Shown here: positions 1-12,143 of the stretch, piece by piece
Numbering within the stretch: the first letter of the stretch is position 1
How the letters are laid out: each line of letters begins with the position of its first letter
Source: Monocercomonoides exilis PA203
Lineage: Eukaryota > Protista > Preaxostyla
DNA: 64,000 nucleotides
Direction: 5' to 3'
Assembly: GCA_001643675.2 (NCBI GenBank)
Contig: LSRY02000001.1
Coordinates: 372,001-436,000 of the forward strand
Notes under the pieces: model-generated
What the model saw: the letters and a program-made list of their open reading frames with translations, nothing else
What the model was told of the DNA's origin: nothing
The model's database searches: none
Made by a program: the position numbers and the translations under genes

Positions 1-9
1 GGATGCGAT

Positions 10-2277
10 GTGCTTGTGGATGCACTGCCTGTGTTGCAGTGGTTCTCCCTCTCAATCGTTGCTCCAAAGTTTGTGCCAAAAAAACTGAAGTTTCCACACC
101 CGCCGCTGACACACGGGATTCAAGTTGCGCTGAACATTTTGTATTCGAACAGGAGGACGACGGAAGAGAGGGAGAAATACGAGCAGCAGATGGCGAAGAT
201 CAAAGAAGAGAGAGAGAAAGTGGAGTTTGGGCTGGAGGAGAAGGAGCGGCTGCAGAAGGAGCGGAGGCGGAGAAGGAAAGAGCGATATGAGCAGATGAAG
301 AACGACGCTGAATGCGAAGACGAGATGGAAGAAGGTAAAGACGGAGATGAGGTGATGATTGAGAGGTTGCTGATTCGGAAGATGAAGCAGCTGCAGAAGG
401 AGGCAAACGAAGAGGCGAAGCGCAATTTCGAGCTGGAGAAGAAGAGAGAAGAGGAAGAGAAGAAGAAGAAGAGGCTGGAGAAGCAGGATGAGAAGAAGAG
501 GAACGAGTTTCTGAAGAAGAAAGGAAGAGACGGGAATGCAAAGCCCGCATCGATCAGGTCGATTGGGCAGAAGGCGATCGACGAGGCGATGAAGAAGTTC
601 AAAGAGCAGCAGGAGCAGAAAAGAAGGGAGAAAGAAGAGGAAGAGCTGCACAAAATATCAGTGGCGAAGAAGATGTATGGCGGGAAGCCATTGGAGATAT
701 CGTCGTTCATTGCTTCGGATCCGAGCATCACACCAGAAGAGGTGGAAAGAAGGAGAAAGGAGAAGTTGAAGGAGAAAGGGAAAGCTAAGAAAGGAGAAGG
801 GAATGCAAGCGAAAGTGGGGCAAGCGACAAAGCAAATGAAGAAGCAGGGCAGAAAGCCTCATCGTCTGACAGCTGCAGCGAAGGCATCCAACAAACGACT
901 GAAAAGCCTCAAAAAGACGAAGACAAGCCAAAAGGAGAAGAGAGTTCAGAGGAAGAAAGCGACTCACAGGCAGAAAGCGAGCAGGATGAGCTGGACATAC
1001 TCATTCAGCAGCAGACGATGCTGGCGGCGGACGAAGCAAACAGCGACGAGATTGAGCAGCAGATCCCGTCAACAACTCAAACACAGCAGGACAGCCACGA
1101 AGCCAAGCAGACAGACGCCGAAAGAGGAGAAAACGACGAGATGGCAGCAAATGACAGAGAGAAATGCGAAGGGAATAATGAAGAAGGAGCAGGACAGCTG
1201 AGCCAGAGCCAGAGCCAGAGCCAGAACCAACAAGGGAACCTGTCTCAGACGCGTGCATCGCAAGGGCAAGCAGCAGCAGCTGGGCAGAAGGCGAGCCCGT
1301 CGACGTCTGTGATGTTCCTTCCCACGTCAGACGAGGAGCTGCCGCCGTTCTTCACCCGCCCGTTCAAGATGGAGGAGAAGTCGTATTCGAGAATCAGGAA
1401 GGAGAAAGAGGAGAAAAGGAAGGAGCTGGAGCAGAAATGGAGCAAGAAGGCACGCAAAGAGGAGAAAGAGAAGGAGAACAAAGGAGCTGCAGAAGCGCCA
1501 GAGGCCAAGAACTCCGCAGACATCCAGATGCACATCAAGCGGATGAGGGAAGCGTATCTGATGCGGCACCAGGGGCTGATGAAGCAGAAGCATCCAGCAC
1601 CGACTGCTTTGTCACAGGCAGCTCTTTCCAATTCTTTGTCTTCTTCACTCGATGGCACGTCTGGCTCAACAAGCTCAGAAGGAGAGAGGAGGTCGCTGAG
1701 CGACACGAGGAAGACGCGGAGCTTTGGGAAAGGAGGCAGACGGGGTGCTGAACAGGAAGGGATGAGAGACGAGGAGAAGATGAAAGAGAGGCCTGTGATT
1801 ATTGATCTGTCGATTGAAGTGGCGAAGGATGTGTTTGAGAAGATCACCCTCAGAGAAGGAGACCAGGCGTGGCGCATTGCGAGGGAACAGGCAGTGAAGC
1901 ATTCGCTGACGCTGGAAAAGAGAAAAGTGCTTCAAGACAACCTGCAGAAGTTCATATCGAAATATGAGGAGGACAAACGGGAGAGGCAAAGAGAAGAAGA
2001 GGAAAGGGAGTGGCAAAGGAAATTGGAGCAGGACAGAATTATTGAGTTGCAGAATCAAGAAGAGGAGAGAAAGAGGAAAGAGGAGGAAGCGAGAATGATG
2101 GAGGAGCAGAAAAAGAAAGAAGAAGAAGAGAAAGCATTGAAAGAAGAAGAAGAAGAGGAAGAGGAAGAGGAGGAGGAGGAGGAGGAGGAAGAAGAAGAAG
2201 AAGAGGAGGAGGAGGAGGAAGATGAGGAAGAGGAAGAAGAAGAGGACGAGGTTGATGATGAAGAGGAGGAGGAAGAG

Positions 2278-2309
<32 letters not shown>

Positions 2310-2415
2310 AGAGGAAGAGGAAGAGGAAGAGGAAGAAGAGGAAGAGGAAGAAGAAGAGGAAGAAGAAGAGGAGGAAGAAGTGAAACCAAAAAAGAAAAAG
2401 CCAATTAAAAAATAA
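10..2415 (+). CDS. Low-complexity Glu/Lys-rich coiled-coil protein, probably 5'-truncated by the window edge
   Basis: 801-aa ORF open from the window start with coding-like GC content. It has E/K-rich helical segments, one small globular-looking block (PVIIDLSIEVAKDVFEKITLREGDQAWRIAREQAVKHSL) and a C-terminal poly-Glu tract. Confidence 0.7.
2142..2379 (+). repeat. (GAR)n trinucleotide repeat encoding poly-Glu
   Basis: Directly visible GAA/GAG run of about 80 codons with few interruptions. Confidence 0.95.
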
Positions 2416-2762
2416 ATTCGCGGAATGATTGTTTTGTTTTTTTAAGAGAATTTTCCTTATATTTACCTCACCATTTCTAACACTTCGTGTGGTTTTCACA
2501 GATTCATGACTCATCAAAAGATTATTGCTTTTTTAAATAAGGCTTTTGATCAAAATTTATTTAAATCAAAATAAAATTCCAGAACATATTAAAGTAAAAT
2601 CAGAGCAAGACAAAACAAGACTCATTTTTGTTTTAACGTATGAGTTGAGTTTTCGTAAATTTTTTTTTTCTTTGCAACATATTTTGAATTTGTTATTTAT
2701 TTGATTTTAACGAAGATTGACGAAAGAAAACTCGATAAACACATCATAATCACAAGGAAAAA

Positions 2763-5700
2763 ATGTCTTTTTATAGCAAGAATAGAGCAATAGATTTATC
2801 AAAGGAAGCACAACTTCAAATTTCTTTGATGAGATATAAAGAAGCAACCTCACTTCCATTTCATCCAACTGTTTCCAGAGAAAGCGAATTGATTTTTGCT
2901 TCTCAAGAAAGAAGCCAAATTCCCGTTATAAATCGACTTTATGATGAAGCCTTTTTTACACCCCGCTCGTTTGAGCAGTTGAGAAAAGAAATGGCTCTTG
3001 AGAAATCAAAAGAGTGTACGTTTTCTCCTGAGATTGATCAAATAAGCTCAGCCGTGGTTGAAAGTGGTCACTTTTTTGAGAGACAAGCAGCAGCCCTTCG
3101 TGCAAAAGCGCTGATGCTGGAAAATCATGATGAAAGAGAAATGATGGATAATGAATGCACTTTTGAACCAGACTTAACATTATCAAAGAACAGCTACCTT
3201 TTTAGTGGTTCATCGAATGATTGGATCGATGACTCATCAGGAAACGCAATGGACTTGCGCCAAAATTCCTCAAATTTACCAAAGCCGCATCGCCGTTTTT
3301 TGAGTAAGGAAGAGCAATTGCTTTCATCTACCAGACTTTCTTATTGTGACCAAATGGAAAAAGAGATGCAAAGAAAGAAAGGCAGAGATACTGTTGATCC
3401 GAATCTGACATTTTGCCCTCAAGTTGATCCTATATCATCACTGCTAGTTAGACCTCATACTGATGAAGAGCTGTACAGAGGCGAGGATATTCAAAAAGAA
3501 AGAGAAAAAGCAATAGCAGAGGCAAGGGAGAAAGAGAAACGTGAATGTACGTTTGCACCAGCAATTCTGAAAAGAAAAAGAAATCCCAGCTTTGTCAACC
3601 AGCGCGAAGGACAGCTGTCGAAATGGCAAATTGAGCAGAATAAACATGTTTCAACAAAGCCATCTTTTGAATACAACTCTGAAGAGTCTCCTTTTTCTGC
3701 TTCAGCTTCTGGTCAATTAAAGCAAGAAAAGAGCTCTATGAAGAGAAAGTCTGGAGATGAACTTGGATCTCCATTTAGCAAATTACGCTCAATGCCTTTG
3801 AATCCTCTGGACACTGAAACGATGATGGAGAGAATCAGAGAACAACAAAGAGAAAAGCAAAAGATTATTGAGGAAGAAAAGAAGAGGAGAGCAATTGAAG
3901 AGATGAAGGAATGCACATTTCAACCGAACGTCGGCAAGGAATCGTCATCAAACAGAAGTCGAATCTCAGCTGAAGGAGCAGGCGAATCAGTGAAATCAAC
4001 ATCACAAAAGGGAATGAAGCACTATTTCGAATTGAAGGCATTTGCACAAAAACAACAGGAGGATGATGAGGCGCGGGCCAAAAAGGCGTTCCTGCTTGAC
4101 AAAGGCAGAGAAACAGACATTTGGAATGGAAAGGGAAGAGCAAGCGATTTGACTCATAACGCTGCAATATCAGCTAATGAGCCACAAGAGAAAAAGAAAA
4201 CTGGGTATGCTGCTCTTGGAGAGCACAGAAAAAAGCTGTTTATGCAAAATGCAAAAAAAGCATTACCAACAGATGACCGCTTCTCATCTGCCACATCTTC
4301 AATAACATCTGTATCAAATGCTTCATCCACATCATCATCATCTTCTTCCTCGTCTTCCTCTTCTTCAGTCCGTTCATCATCTTCATCTTCCACATCTGCA
4401 TTATCGCATGCAACTCCCAAACTTGGCTCGACTCAATCTCGCTGCAGCAGCAAAGCAAGAAAAGAGCAGCTTATGTCTGAGTTGAAGGCAGCAGAAATGA
4501 AAGGAAAACAGAAAAGAGAGGCTTATTCAAAAAGAGAAGAAGAAGCAAAGAAAAGAAAGCTGTTTCATCCACAGCTCAATATTAGGAAAAGTGCTGCTGC
4601 AATCGATGCATTGGCGAATTTTTTGTTAGAGGAGGAAAAAGAAAAAGATCAAAAGAGAATAAAAGAAAGAATAAAAGAAAAAGAAAAAGAAAACACATTG
4701 AATGCAAATGAAAAAGTCAGAAATGAGGAAGAAATTGGCATTTCTCGTGAAGTTGAAGAGGAAAAGCAACAACAAACTGAAAAATGCGAATTTGAAAGAA
4801 ATGAAGAATCTATTCAGCAAATAGAAAATAAGCAAACAAACAATTCACGCAAAGAGATAAAAGCGAATAAGGGATCTTTTTCTAAAGATAATACACGAAA
4901 TATTTCATCTCTGCTTGAAGACAATGACTCTGATGATATGCCACAACTGTTTACTCCACAAAAACAAAAAGGTCCTCTTCAAAAAAGCCAATATATTTCA
5001 AAAAGCACGCAAACTCCAAGTTTTTCAATTGAAAATTTATCTCATTCAAAAATTTCTTCTTTTAGTCAGTTATCTTCTCCAGACAAAGGAACAACGCCTC
5101 TTCTATTTTCCTCCTCCTCTTCCTCCTCCTCCTCCTCCTCCTCTTCTTCTTCTTCTTCTTCTTCTAACTCATCAACTTCTGAGGCTACTAAGCCTTCTTC
5201 ATTAGTTGCTGTGCCTCCTTCTTTACCAAAAGAAGAAAGAGCATTGCCTCCTCCTCTTTCTCCTCCATCCGTCACGCCTTCACCATTTTCACATCGACGC
5301 ACTTATGAAAGCATCAATTTATCGCACACAATTCATCAGAGCAATACATCAACACATTGTAATATATCCATGTTTGACGCACCAGAAGATGCTTCCGCAC
5401 TCTCCGATTTGCAGTTGTCAATGATCAACAAGTCTGTGGCATCAGCTCAATCGAAGCCTTTTAATCCAACTGACACTCCACTTGCACCTCATCCTTCAAG
5501 TTTTGTATCTTCAAGTTCTCCTTCTGATCCTTCTTCACCAATTTCTGTGCAGGCTTCACAGATGGTTTGCACGAACCATTCTATTTCACCACAAAAATTA
5601 TCTGTTATTGCAAATTCACCTTTCTTTAAAAGACAAAGAGAAGAGGCAAAGAGAAAAATTGAAGAGAAACAAATTCTCGACGCATCTCAAGTGCTTTTGA

Positions 5701-5996
5701 TTCGTAAAAGAGAACAAAACAAAAAAGAAGAAGAAGAAATCGCAAAAAAAGGTAAAGAAAAGCAAAAGGATGATAGCCAAATGTACCAAGAAATTCATAA
5801 CGATGCAAAAAAGGCAATCTTGAATCGTGGTCTGCTTGCTACTCCGCTACGCCTGTCAACAACTGATGAAATCAGAAGTACTTTTCCTATGAATCCGATG
5901 AGTTTTTCTCCATCTTCAGTTTTGGGTTCGACAACAGTTGAAACATTATTTTGTGTTTCTCCTTCTCAAACTGTATTAATGGATTTTGAAAGTTGA
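2763..5996 (+). CDS. Uncharacterised protein with repeated (E)CTFxP motifs and Ser-rich tracts
   Basis: 1077-aa ORF with recurring motifs LPFHP, ECTFSP, ECTFEP, LTFCP, ECTFAP, ECTFQP and LFHP. AT-rich flanks mark the gene boundaries. Confidence 0.8.
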   Translation: MSFYSKNRAIDLSKEAQLQISLMRYKEATSLPFHPTVSRESELIFASQERSQIPVINRLYDEAFFTPRSFEQLRKEMALEKSKECTFSPEIDQISSAVVESGHFFERQAAALRAKALMLENHDEREMMDNECTFEPDLTLSKNSYLFSGSSNDWIDDSSGNAMDLRQNSSNLPKPHRRFLSKEEQLLSSTRLSYCDQMEKEMQRKKGRDTVDPNLTFCPQVDPISSLLVRPHTDEELYRGEDIQKEREKAIAEAREKEKRECTFAPAILKRKRNPSFVNQREGQLSKWQIEQNKHVSTKPSFEYNSEESPFSASASGQLKQEKSSMKRKSGDELGSPFSKLRSMPLNPLDTETMMERIREQQREKQKIIEEEKKRRAIEEMKECTFQPNVGKESSSNRSRISAEGAGESVKSTSQKGMKHYFELKAFAQKQQEDDEARAKKAFLLDKGRETDIWNGKGRASDLTHNAAISANEPQEKKKTGYAALGEHRKKLFMQNAKKALPTDDRFSSATSSITSVSNASSTSSSSSSSSSSSSVRSSSSSSTSALSHATPKLGSTQSRCSSKARKEQLMSELKAAEMKGKQKREAYSKREEEAKKRKLFHPQLNIRKSAAAIDALANFLLEEEKEKDQKRIKERIKEKEKENTLNANEKVRNEEEIGISREVEEEKQQQTEKCEFERNEESIQQIENKQTNNSRKEIKANKGSFSKDNTRNISSLLEDNDSDDMPQLFTPQKQKGPLQKSQYISKSTQTPSFSIENLSHSKISSFSQLSSPDKGTTPLLFSSSSSSSSSSSSSSSSSSSNSSTSEATKPSSLVAVPPSLPKEERALPPPLSPPSVTPSPFSHRRTYESINLSHTIHQSNTSTHCNISMFDAPEDASALSDLQLSMINKSVASAQSKPFNPTDTPLAPHPSSFVSSSSPSDPSSPISVQASQMVCTNHSISPQKLSVIANSPFFKRQREEAKRKIEEKQILDASQVLLIRKREQNKKEEEEIAKKGKEKQKDDSQMYQEIHNDAKKAILNRGLLATPLRLSTTDEIRSTFPMNPMSFSPSSVLGSTTVETLFCVSPSQTVLMDFES

Positions 5997-6409
5997 TCGA
6001 ATCAGAAGTATTTTTATTTTTTTTTAATTTTTTATTTTTATAAATTTTTTTATTATTTTGAAATTTTCTCAAATAATCAAATTTGTTCAAGTGGGACAAA
6101 ATTTTAAGCAATTACGAAAAAAAACCGGGATTTGTTCCAAACATTTTCTGCATCGAATACTTGCAATTCTAACACTCTCATGCATAGCAATAAAGGAAAT
6201 TTTTAAAATTGAGAAAAATTTTTGAAAAGATTGTTTGGAACAAAGTTCATGAAACAATAAATTTTTGTCCCAAGTTTCAAGAAAAAAGTAATTCGAATTT
6301 TTTAGTTTTATTAGCTTATTTGTCATTTGTTTCGAAGCTAAAAATTACACAAATTTTCATTATTAATTATTAATAAGTGTTTGAAAACTTTTAATTTTTA
6401 TTGATAAGC

Positions 6410-6656
6410 ATATGGGTAATTCTTTTTGAAAAGTCGCAAATCTTAAATTTGAGCAAAATATGAAATTTAGATTTATTTGAAAATTATTGTTAACATTCAA
6501 CAAACTTCTCTTATATGCAATCTATTTCTGGATAATGCTATTTCACACATTCAAAAGAAGATTCGTGAGTGAAAGCAGATATTTGGGCAAAATTTGAAAA
6601 TAATTTTTTATTTGAAAATTAAACGTTGGCGACTTTTCAAAAAGAATTACCCATAT
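6410..6656. mobile_element. Small MITE with perfect 28-bp terminal inverted repeats
   Basis: atatgggtaattctttttgaaaagtcgc (6410-6437) is the exact reverse complement of 6629-6656. The GGG...CCC ends are flanked by ATAT on both sides, and the interior is non-coding. Confidence 0.8.
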
Positions 6657-6803
6657 TACAAAAAATTATTCAAAAAGAGAATTTTTTTACATTCCAAAAA
6701 AAGAAAACTTGCATTAAAAGTTTAATATTGCAAGCGAAATAAGAACTATTGTGTTAAAAATAGTCATTTTGCAAACAAATTGATAATTTTTCCAAACGAA
6801 GTG

Positions 6804-7248
6804 CAGTCTAAACCGGATATAATCACATCGGTTTTTGCACAACTTTTTGTGACTATATCCGATTGTGATTATACACGATAAAGCTTTTCATTGAAAAAAT
6901 ATCAATTTATTTTATAAATAATTAATTATGAGTCGTTTTTTTTATTTTTGGTAATTCTGCACAAATACACTTTTTTCACTTGAACAATTTTGATCATAAA
7001 TACATATAATTTTAACTTATTTGAGTACATTTTTGAAAAATCGAAAAATTGAAAATTTCGATCAAAAAATAGATTTTTCATTGAAAAAATCACCCATAGT
7101 AATAAAAAATGTGATTATATCTATTCAGCCCCGTGATTATATGCGATGGAAAATGAATGAAAAATAGGCCAAAAATGTCAGTGCATGGAAAAATGTGACT
7201 ATAACAGATGTTGATTATATTCAATGTGATAATATCCGGTTTAGACAG
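6804..7248. mobile_element. 445-bp MITE (copy 1) with about 25-bp TIRs and subterminal TGTGA(T/C)TATA repeats
   Basis: cagtctaaaccggatataatcacat at 6804 pairs with atgtgataatatccggtttagacag ending at 7248. Multiple internal gtgattatat/gtgactata motifs. No TSD seen. Confidence 0.8.
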
Positions 7249-7730
7249 TTATAATTTTTGAGTTCGAATTAACAATTGTCTGAAACTCAACGAAATTTTG
7301 TTATCTTTCTCACGAAATTCTGTGAAAATCGTTTTTTCACTTTTGAATCGGAGATATTCTTGTGTTGTCATTATTTTCTTGTGCGAAAGAAAAATTATAG
7401 AAATTTTTTATTTTTTTAAAAAAATTTTTATAAATGTCAAATTTTTTTAAATTGAAAGAGAAAACATTTATTTCACTTCCTTCTCTTGTATTTTTGAGAG
7501 CATAGATAATTGGGAAGATTTGACAATGTTAATAAGTTTGGAATAATATTCTTTTCTTCGTGTTGCTTCTTTTCCATTTCTTTTCTTCTTTGAGATCTTG
7601 TGCGGATAATGAATTCAATCTTAGCCTCGCTGATAACTGTCTGTGAAGCATTGTTTTCTTCGTTGTCCTCTGGTTCCTTTACTTTATCTGGGTATGCAAA
7701 TACTGTTTGTTGTTTTTGATCTCCGTTTTT

Positions 7731-8840
7731 TCATATTTCCTTTGTTGGTGTTTGCTCTTCTGATTTTGAACTGGAATTTGTTTCAGAATCGGATTCCGCC
7801 TCAGAATCTGAATCGGACTCTGACTCAGATCCACTTTCTTCAGGTTGGAGAATAGTTGAATTGCATCTTGCTATCACGTGGGCCAGCTTGCTTGACACAT
7901 CTGTTTGGACGAAATGCTTTGTGATTGAATTGCTTCTTGGAGAGAGTCTGGCAAACTTAGCAATTTGGGCTAAGGGAATTCCCGCCATCGTTTGCACAGT
8001 GATAAACGCATGCTTCAATGAGTAAGGCCCGAAACACTTCGGAATCCCAGCATCCTGTAGCATTTCAGCCACATAATTACGAATCCTTCTTGCAGAGAGG
8101 GAAAGATGGGTTGTTTCATCAATAAATAGTGAAGTTGCATTTGGATGAGACTTCTTGATTCTGTTCCATAGTTCCTACACTGAAGCTGCTAGACACACAA
8201 GCGGATGTTCTTTTATAAACGGGATGATAATATCTGTCCGTTCTGTTGATGTTTTTAATTGTGAATCTGGCTATGTTGAATCACCTTTAATATTTGAATT
8301 CTGAAGGTTTATCCTTTCCAGCTCCATGAAGCGACAAGCAGAGAACAACACACATGTGCAAATGGACTTTTTTTGTCAATTCGTGAAAGTCAAGATTCCT
8401 GTTTTCTCCAAATGAGTTATTTTCTGCAGCAGGAGTTGTGGGTTCCAGATGTCTGGTTTGTCTTTTTTCTTCCTATTTTCTGATCTCCGTAATGTTTTTA
8501 ATAGTCTTTGCATGAGTGCAGATTCTCCAAGGCATCTATTGTACAGTAATTCTGAGATTAGCGATAATGCGGCACATGTTTGTTTGAGCGTCGAAGTCTT
8601 TGTCCCTTTGTCTTTCAGGCTAATGAAAATGGAAGTGCATTTTTCAACCCACTCACTCCATGCTTCCGGTGGTTCTCCGTTCCTATTATCTTCCCATATT
8701 TCACTGAAACGCGCATAACTATATGAATATCCTTTCCGTGTGTTTTCTGCAACGCTTTTTTTGCATTCATCGATTACCCTTTCGGAATATCCCTTTGAAA
8801 CAAGCATTCTCCGAAACCATTCTTCTCCTTGCGATTCTAA
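7731..8840 (-). pseudogene. Tyrosine recombinase of element A (interrupted)
   Basis: N-terminal SAM-like region (SVAENTRKGYSYSYARF), CRFMEL Arg motif, YSLKHA box and C-terminal ITKHF. Broken by stops and a frameshift. Confidence 0.8.
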
Positions 8841-10687
8841 GGATTGATAAGAACTATTCTCATTCTGCCTGGCGGTAGACTTGCTTCCATCCGTTTCATC
8901 CATCTTCCTTCCTTCAAAACCTGGTTCTGTTCTTTCCATCTCCATTCGCAGTGTCTCGACATTCTTATCAGTGGTTCCCATCTCTGCCCTCTCCAATCTG
9001 GAATCAGAAGAACATGTGCATTTTCCTCTATTGATTTCACAACCGTTGGGACTATTAGTGGAATCGGCGGATGGGCTAAAATAACGCCTCTTTTCCATGA
9101 TTGCTGGAGTCCATCTTCGTTGAGTGTGCTTCCTGGACCGCACAATCGGTCCGCTTTCGTATTCTCCTTTGTTGCGAACGCATCCATTGTTATTTTGAGA
9201 TTGAGGTTTTCCATGATCTCGTTTAACTCTTCTTGTTTAATGGAGTAATCTCCCCCTCTTTCTAGCCTGGATAGAGAATCTGCTCTGACATTCTTCGTTC
9301 CTTGCAAGTGTTGGGCTTTTATCTAAATGCGACTGTTCTGAACAAATGTCCATATTTTCATTAGCAACTTCCTGAGATTTGTTCCTGCATTCCATCGATT
9401 GACATTGAAAACTGCTGTTGTATTGCCTAATCTGATTAGCAAACTGTGGGCTTTGTTCGCCTGAAGAATATATCTGAAAGGGTTGAGTACTCGATTAATT
9501 GCATATAATTCCCTGTAATTCGAGCTCTAGCATCTCAACTTCCCTGGAAGCGATTGATGGAAATCGTATTTCTTGTTGTTCATTAGCAGGACCGCTCCCA
9601 CAGCTCTCTCTGATGTATCTGTCGTTAAGGTTGCTTGAGGTTGGAATATTGGGCAAATTTGTCTCGGTTTGTTCGCACTCAGTCTCGATATCCATTTTTG
9701 AATGCTCGGAAGGATTGATGGGTTGACTCTCATTCTTCCTTTCCACCCCACCTTTCTGACCATTCTGTTCAGCAGCATGTTCATCGATGGAAGAAGGAGT
9801 GAAGCTTCCTTGAAAACGAAGCGAGTTGCACTTAGCTTGCCAATGAACGACGCGAAATCTCTCACTCTTGTTTGCTTGCATTTCAGTGCTCGGCGCCTCC
9901 ATCTGTAGCATTCCGTAAGCAATTCTTTCTTTCTGCCTTTCTCAAACGCTAAGGTGAAGTTGGAAGTGTCTTATGAATATCCGAGGAATGAAAAACGATT
10001 TGATGGTTCTATGTGGCTCTTTTCCAGATTCACAATTAGTCCAAGCTTCTGAAACAGACTTATAACTTCTTGTGTGATTCTCTTTAGTTCTTGCTTGTCC
10101 TGATGGAGCAAGACTACGTCGTCCAAGCATGCGACAGCTTTCATCTTCCATCTTTCCCGAATGAAAGCAATGACCTTTCTCATAATTTTTGTGAATATTC
10201 TTGGAGAGTCCTTGTAACCGAAAGGCATGCTGGTGAAGCAATAAAATTCTTTGTTGAATTCGAAGCTTAGAAAAGGAGTGAAATCCTCGGAAACCTTGAT
10301 GAGATAGTACACTTGGCTTAAATCCAATGTGACTGCGAAATCCCCCTTCTTTATTATTCTCTCCACAGATCGATGATCCTCTTGTTTGAAGTGAATTGTT
10401 TTTATCGCATTGTTTAACCTCCTGCAATCCACAATCTGTCTCCAGCTCCCGTTCCTTTTCCTGACTACAAATATTGGATTGACAAATTTCACTTGGTTTT
10501 TGGTGATTTTCCTGAGAATTCCCGTTTTCACTTGAACTTTGATTAACCCCGACAAAGCTTCCCTTGCTTCTTGTGATTGCTTCGGTCTCCTGCAATTTAC
10601 CTGAGAGTTGATAAGGGTTTTGCGAGCTTTGGCACTCCTCCAAACCGGAACAACTCCTCTTTTGATCATCTTTTCTCCTCCCACCAT
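8837..10687 (-). pseudogene. RT / RNase H / Dam-like methyltransferase polyprotein of element A (interrupted)
   Basis: RT motifs RQIVDCRRLN, TLDLSQVY, MPFG and CLDD. RNase H motifs TTDTS and RADSLSR. MTase motifs DAFA and HPPIPLI. All are in one frame separated by stops. Confidence 0.9.
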
Positions 10688-12143
10688 TTTCCAAGCCTTG
10701 GCAAATAACTCAGTTCTTCCGCCAATTGTTAAGTTGTGTTCTATTGAGACTTTGCTTTGTCCCCGGAACTCCCTCTTGAGTAACCTCTTGGAGCGCTGCT
10801 TGTAATGAATGATCGTTTTGTGCTGGTCGTCCGGGGCTAATCTCGAAAAAACCGATAATTCTTTGTTCCACTTTGAATTCCCCTGGTTTGTTTCTTCCTT
10901 GCATATGAATTTGTAATACTTGCCGATCCCTATCTCAATTTTGAGGATGTTTTCTTTGATTCTTCTAAAATTTCTTTTTGTCTTTGAGTTAACAGCGATG
11001 ATGAAAACTCGTCTTTCATTTTTTCTGCTTCAGAAAACCCATATCTTGCTTGTATTCTAACGTGTCTAGCTTCTTTCAGAGCTTGGGATTAAAGCAAACA
11101 TGAATCTGCTATCATTTCTTTTGTTGTATTTCCTGACTTGATTGTTGAGCTTGCCGAGATAAGTGACTTTATTGCCGGATAAAGATATGTTTTTGTTCGT
11201 TCTCCTGCACGACCGAGCGCGTCTTTCCAAAATACTTTGGATCTTGTAAATGGTGGTGGAGCATTCTGGATAAAAGGACTAAAATCTTCATCTTTCATTA
11301 ATGAAAGCGCTTCGTTAATTTTATTCTCTGGAAGATGCATATCGTAAAGTGAAACCTCTGGTGGCTGTCCAAATATTTCGATAAATGCTTGTTGCAAAGA
11401 AGACTCTCCTTCATCTTCTTCAATTCGTGTTGGATCTGTCCGGCCATCAAGCTCCGACTGAACGCTTGATTGGGAAGCGGAATAACTCCCTGCTATTGAG
11501 GGAATTGCACTCGGAGGGCAACCAGTCAGCGGAGCTGCGCAAGGTTCGGTTGCGAGTCCGGTTCCCATGAAGATGGTCGATATGTTTCCTTTTTGATCAG
11601 CGATCGTGACTGACCCATAACGTGGCGCTCTCAAAAATATAAGAGAAGGAAGTGAAATAAATGTTTTCTCTGTAATCAAAACGTTTGTTTTTTGATCATT
11701 GAAAAAATAAATCAATAAATATCAACGTTCTTTTTACAAAAATAATCAAAACTATTGATTATCGAAATATAATCTTTTTTTTTCAGCAAGGAGCAAAAGT
11801 GAATCGCAAATGAACGATGATTCTTATATAAATTCTGAAAAAAGAAAAAAGAAAAACAGAAAAACAACTTATTCTAATATATTCATCAAGGACCGAAAAC
11901 AGACTTGATGATGAAAACAGTTAATAGTGTTGTACAACGAAAATATTTAAAAACAAAAAAGGAAAAATACTTAATATAGCTCATTTGGCGACAACAAACA
12001 AGCATATCAATAAAAATACAAAACATCAGCTTAACTGGTTTAACTTATGAATAAAATCAAAATAGAAAAAATAATAAGCATGTAACTTTTCTTTGTCAAT
12101 ATGCATCAACAACAATCACTGAATTCACTCCTCCATTTATTTT

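Larger units (their letters stand above)
7457..11671 (-). mobile_element. DIRS-like tyrosine-recombinase retrotransposon, family A (left-arm copy, degenerate)
   Basis: 45-bp ITRs (agagaaaacatttatttcacttccttctcttRtatttttgagagc). ORF order is ORF1 - RT - RNase H - MTase - YR, with several premature stops. Confidence 0.9.

Noticed and set aside
52-2517. Minus-strand Phe/Leu/Ser-rich ORFs
   Set aside because: Antisense shadows of Glu/Lys codons in the plus-strand gene.
2415-2763. A single gene joining ORFs 10-2415 and 2763-5996
   Set aside because: There is an in-frame TAA at 2736-2738 just upstream of the second ATG and no convincing frame-preserving splice pair. Unresolved without RNA data.
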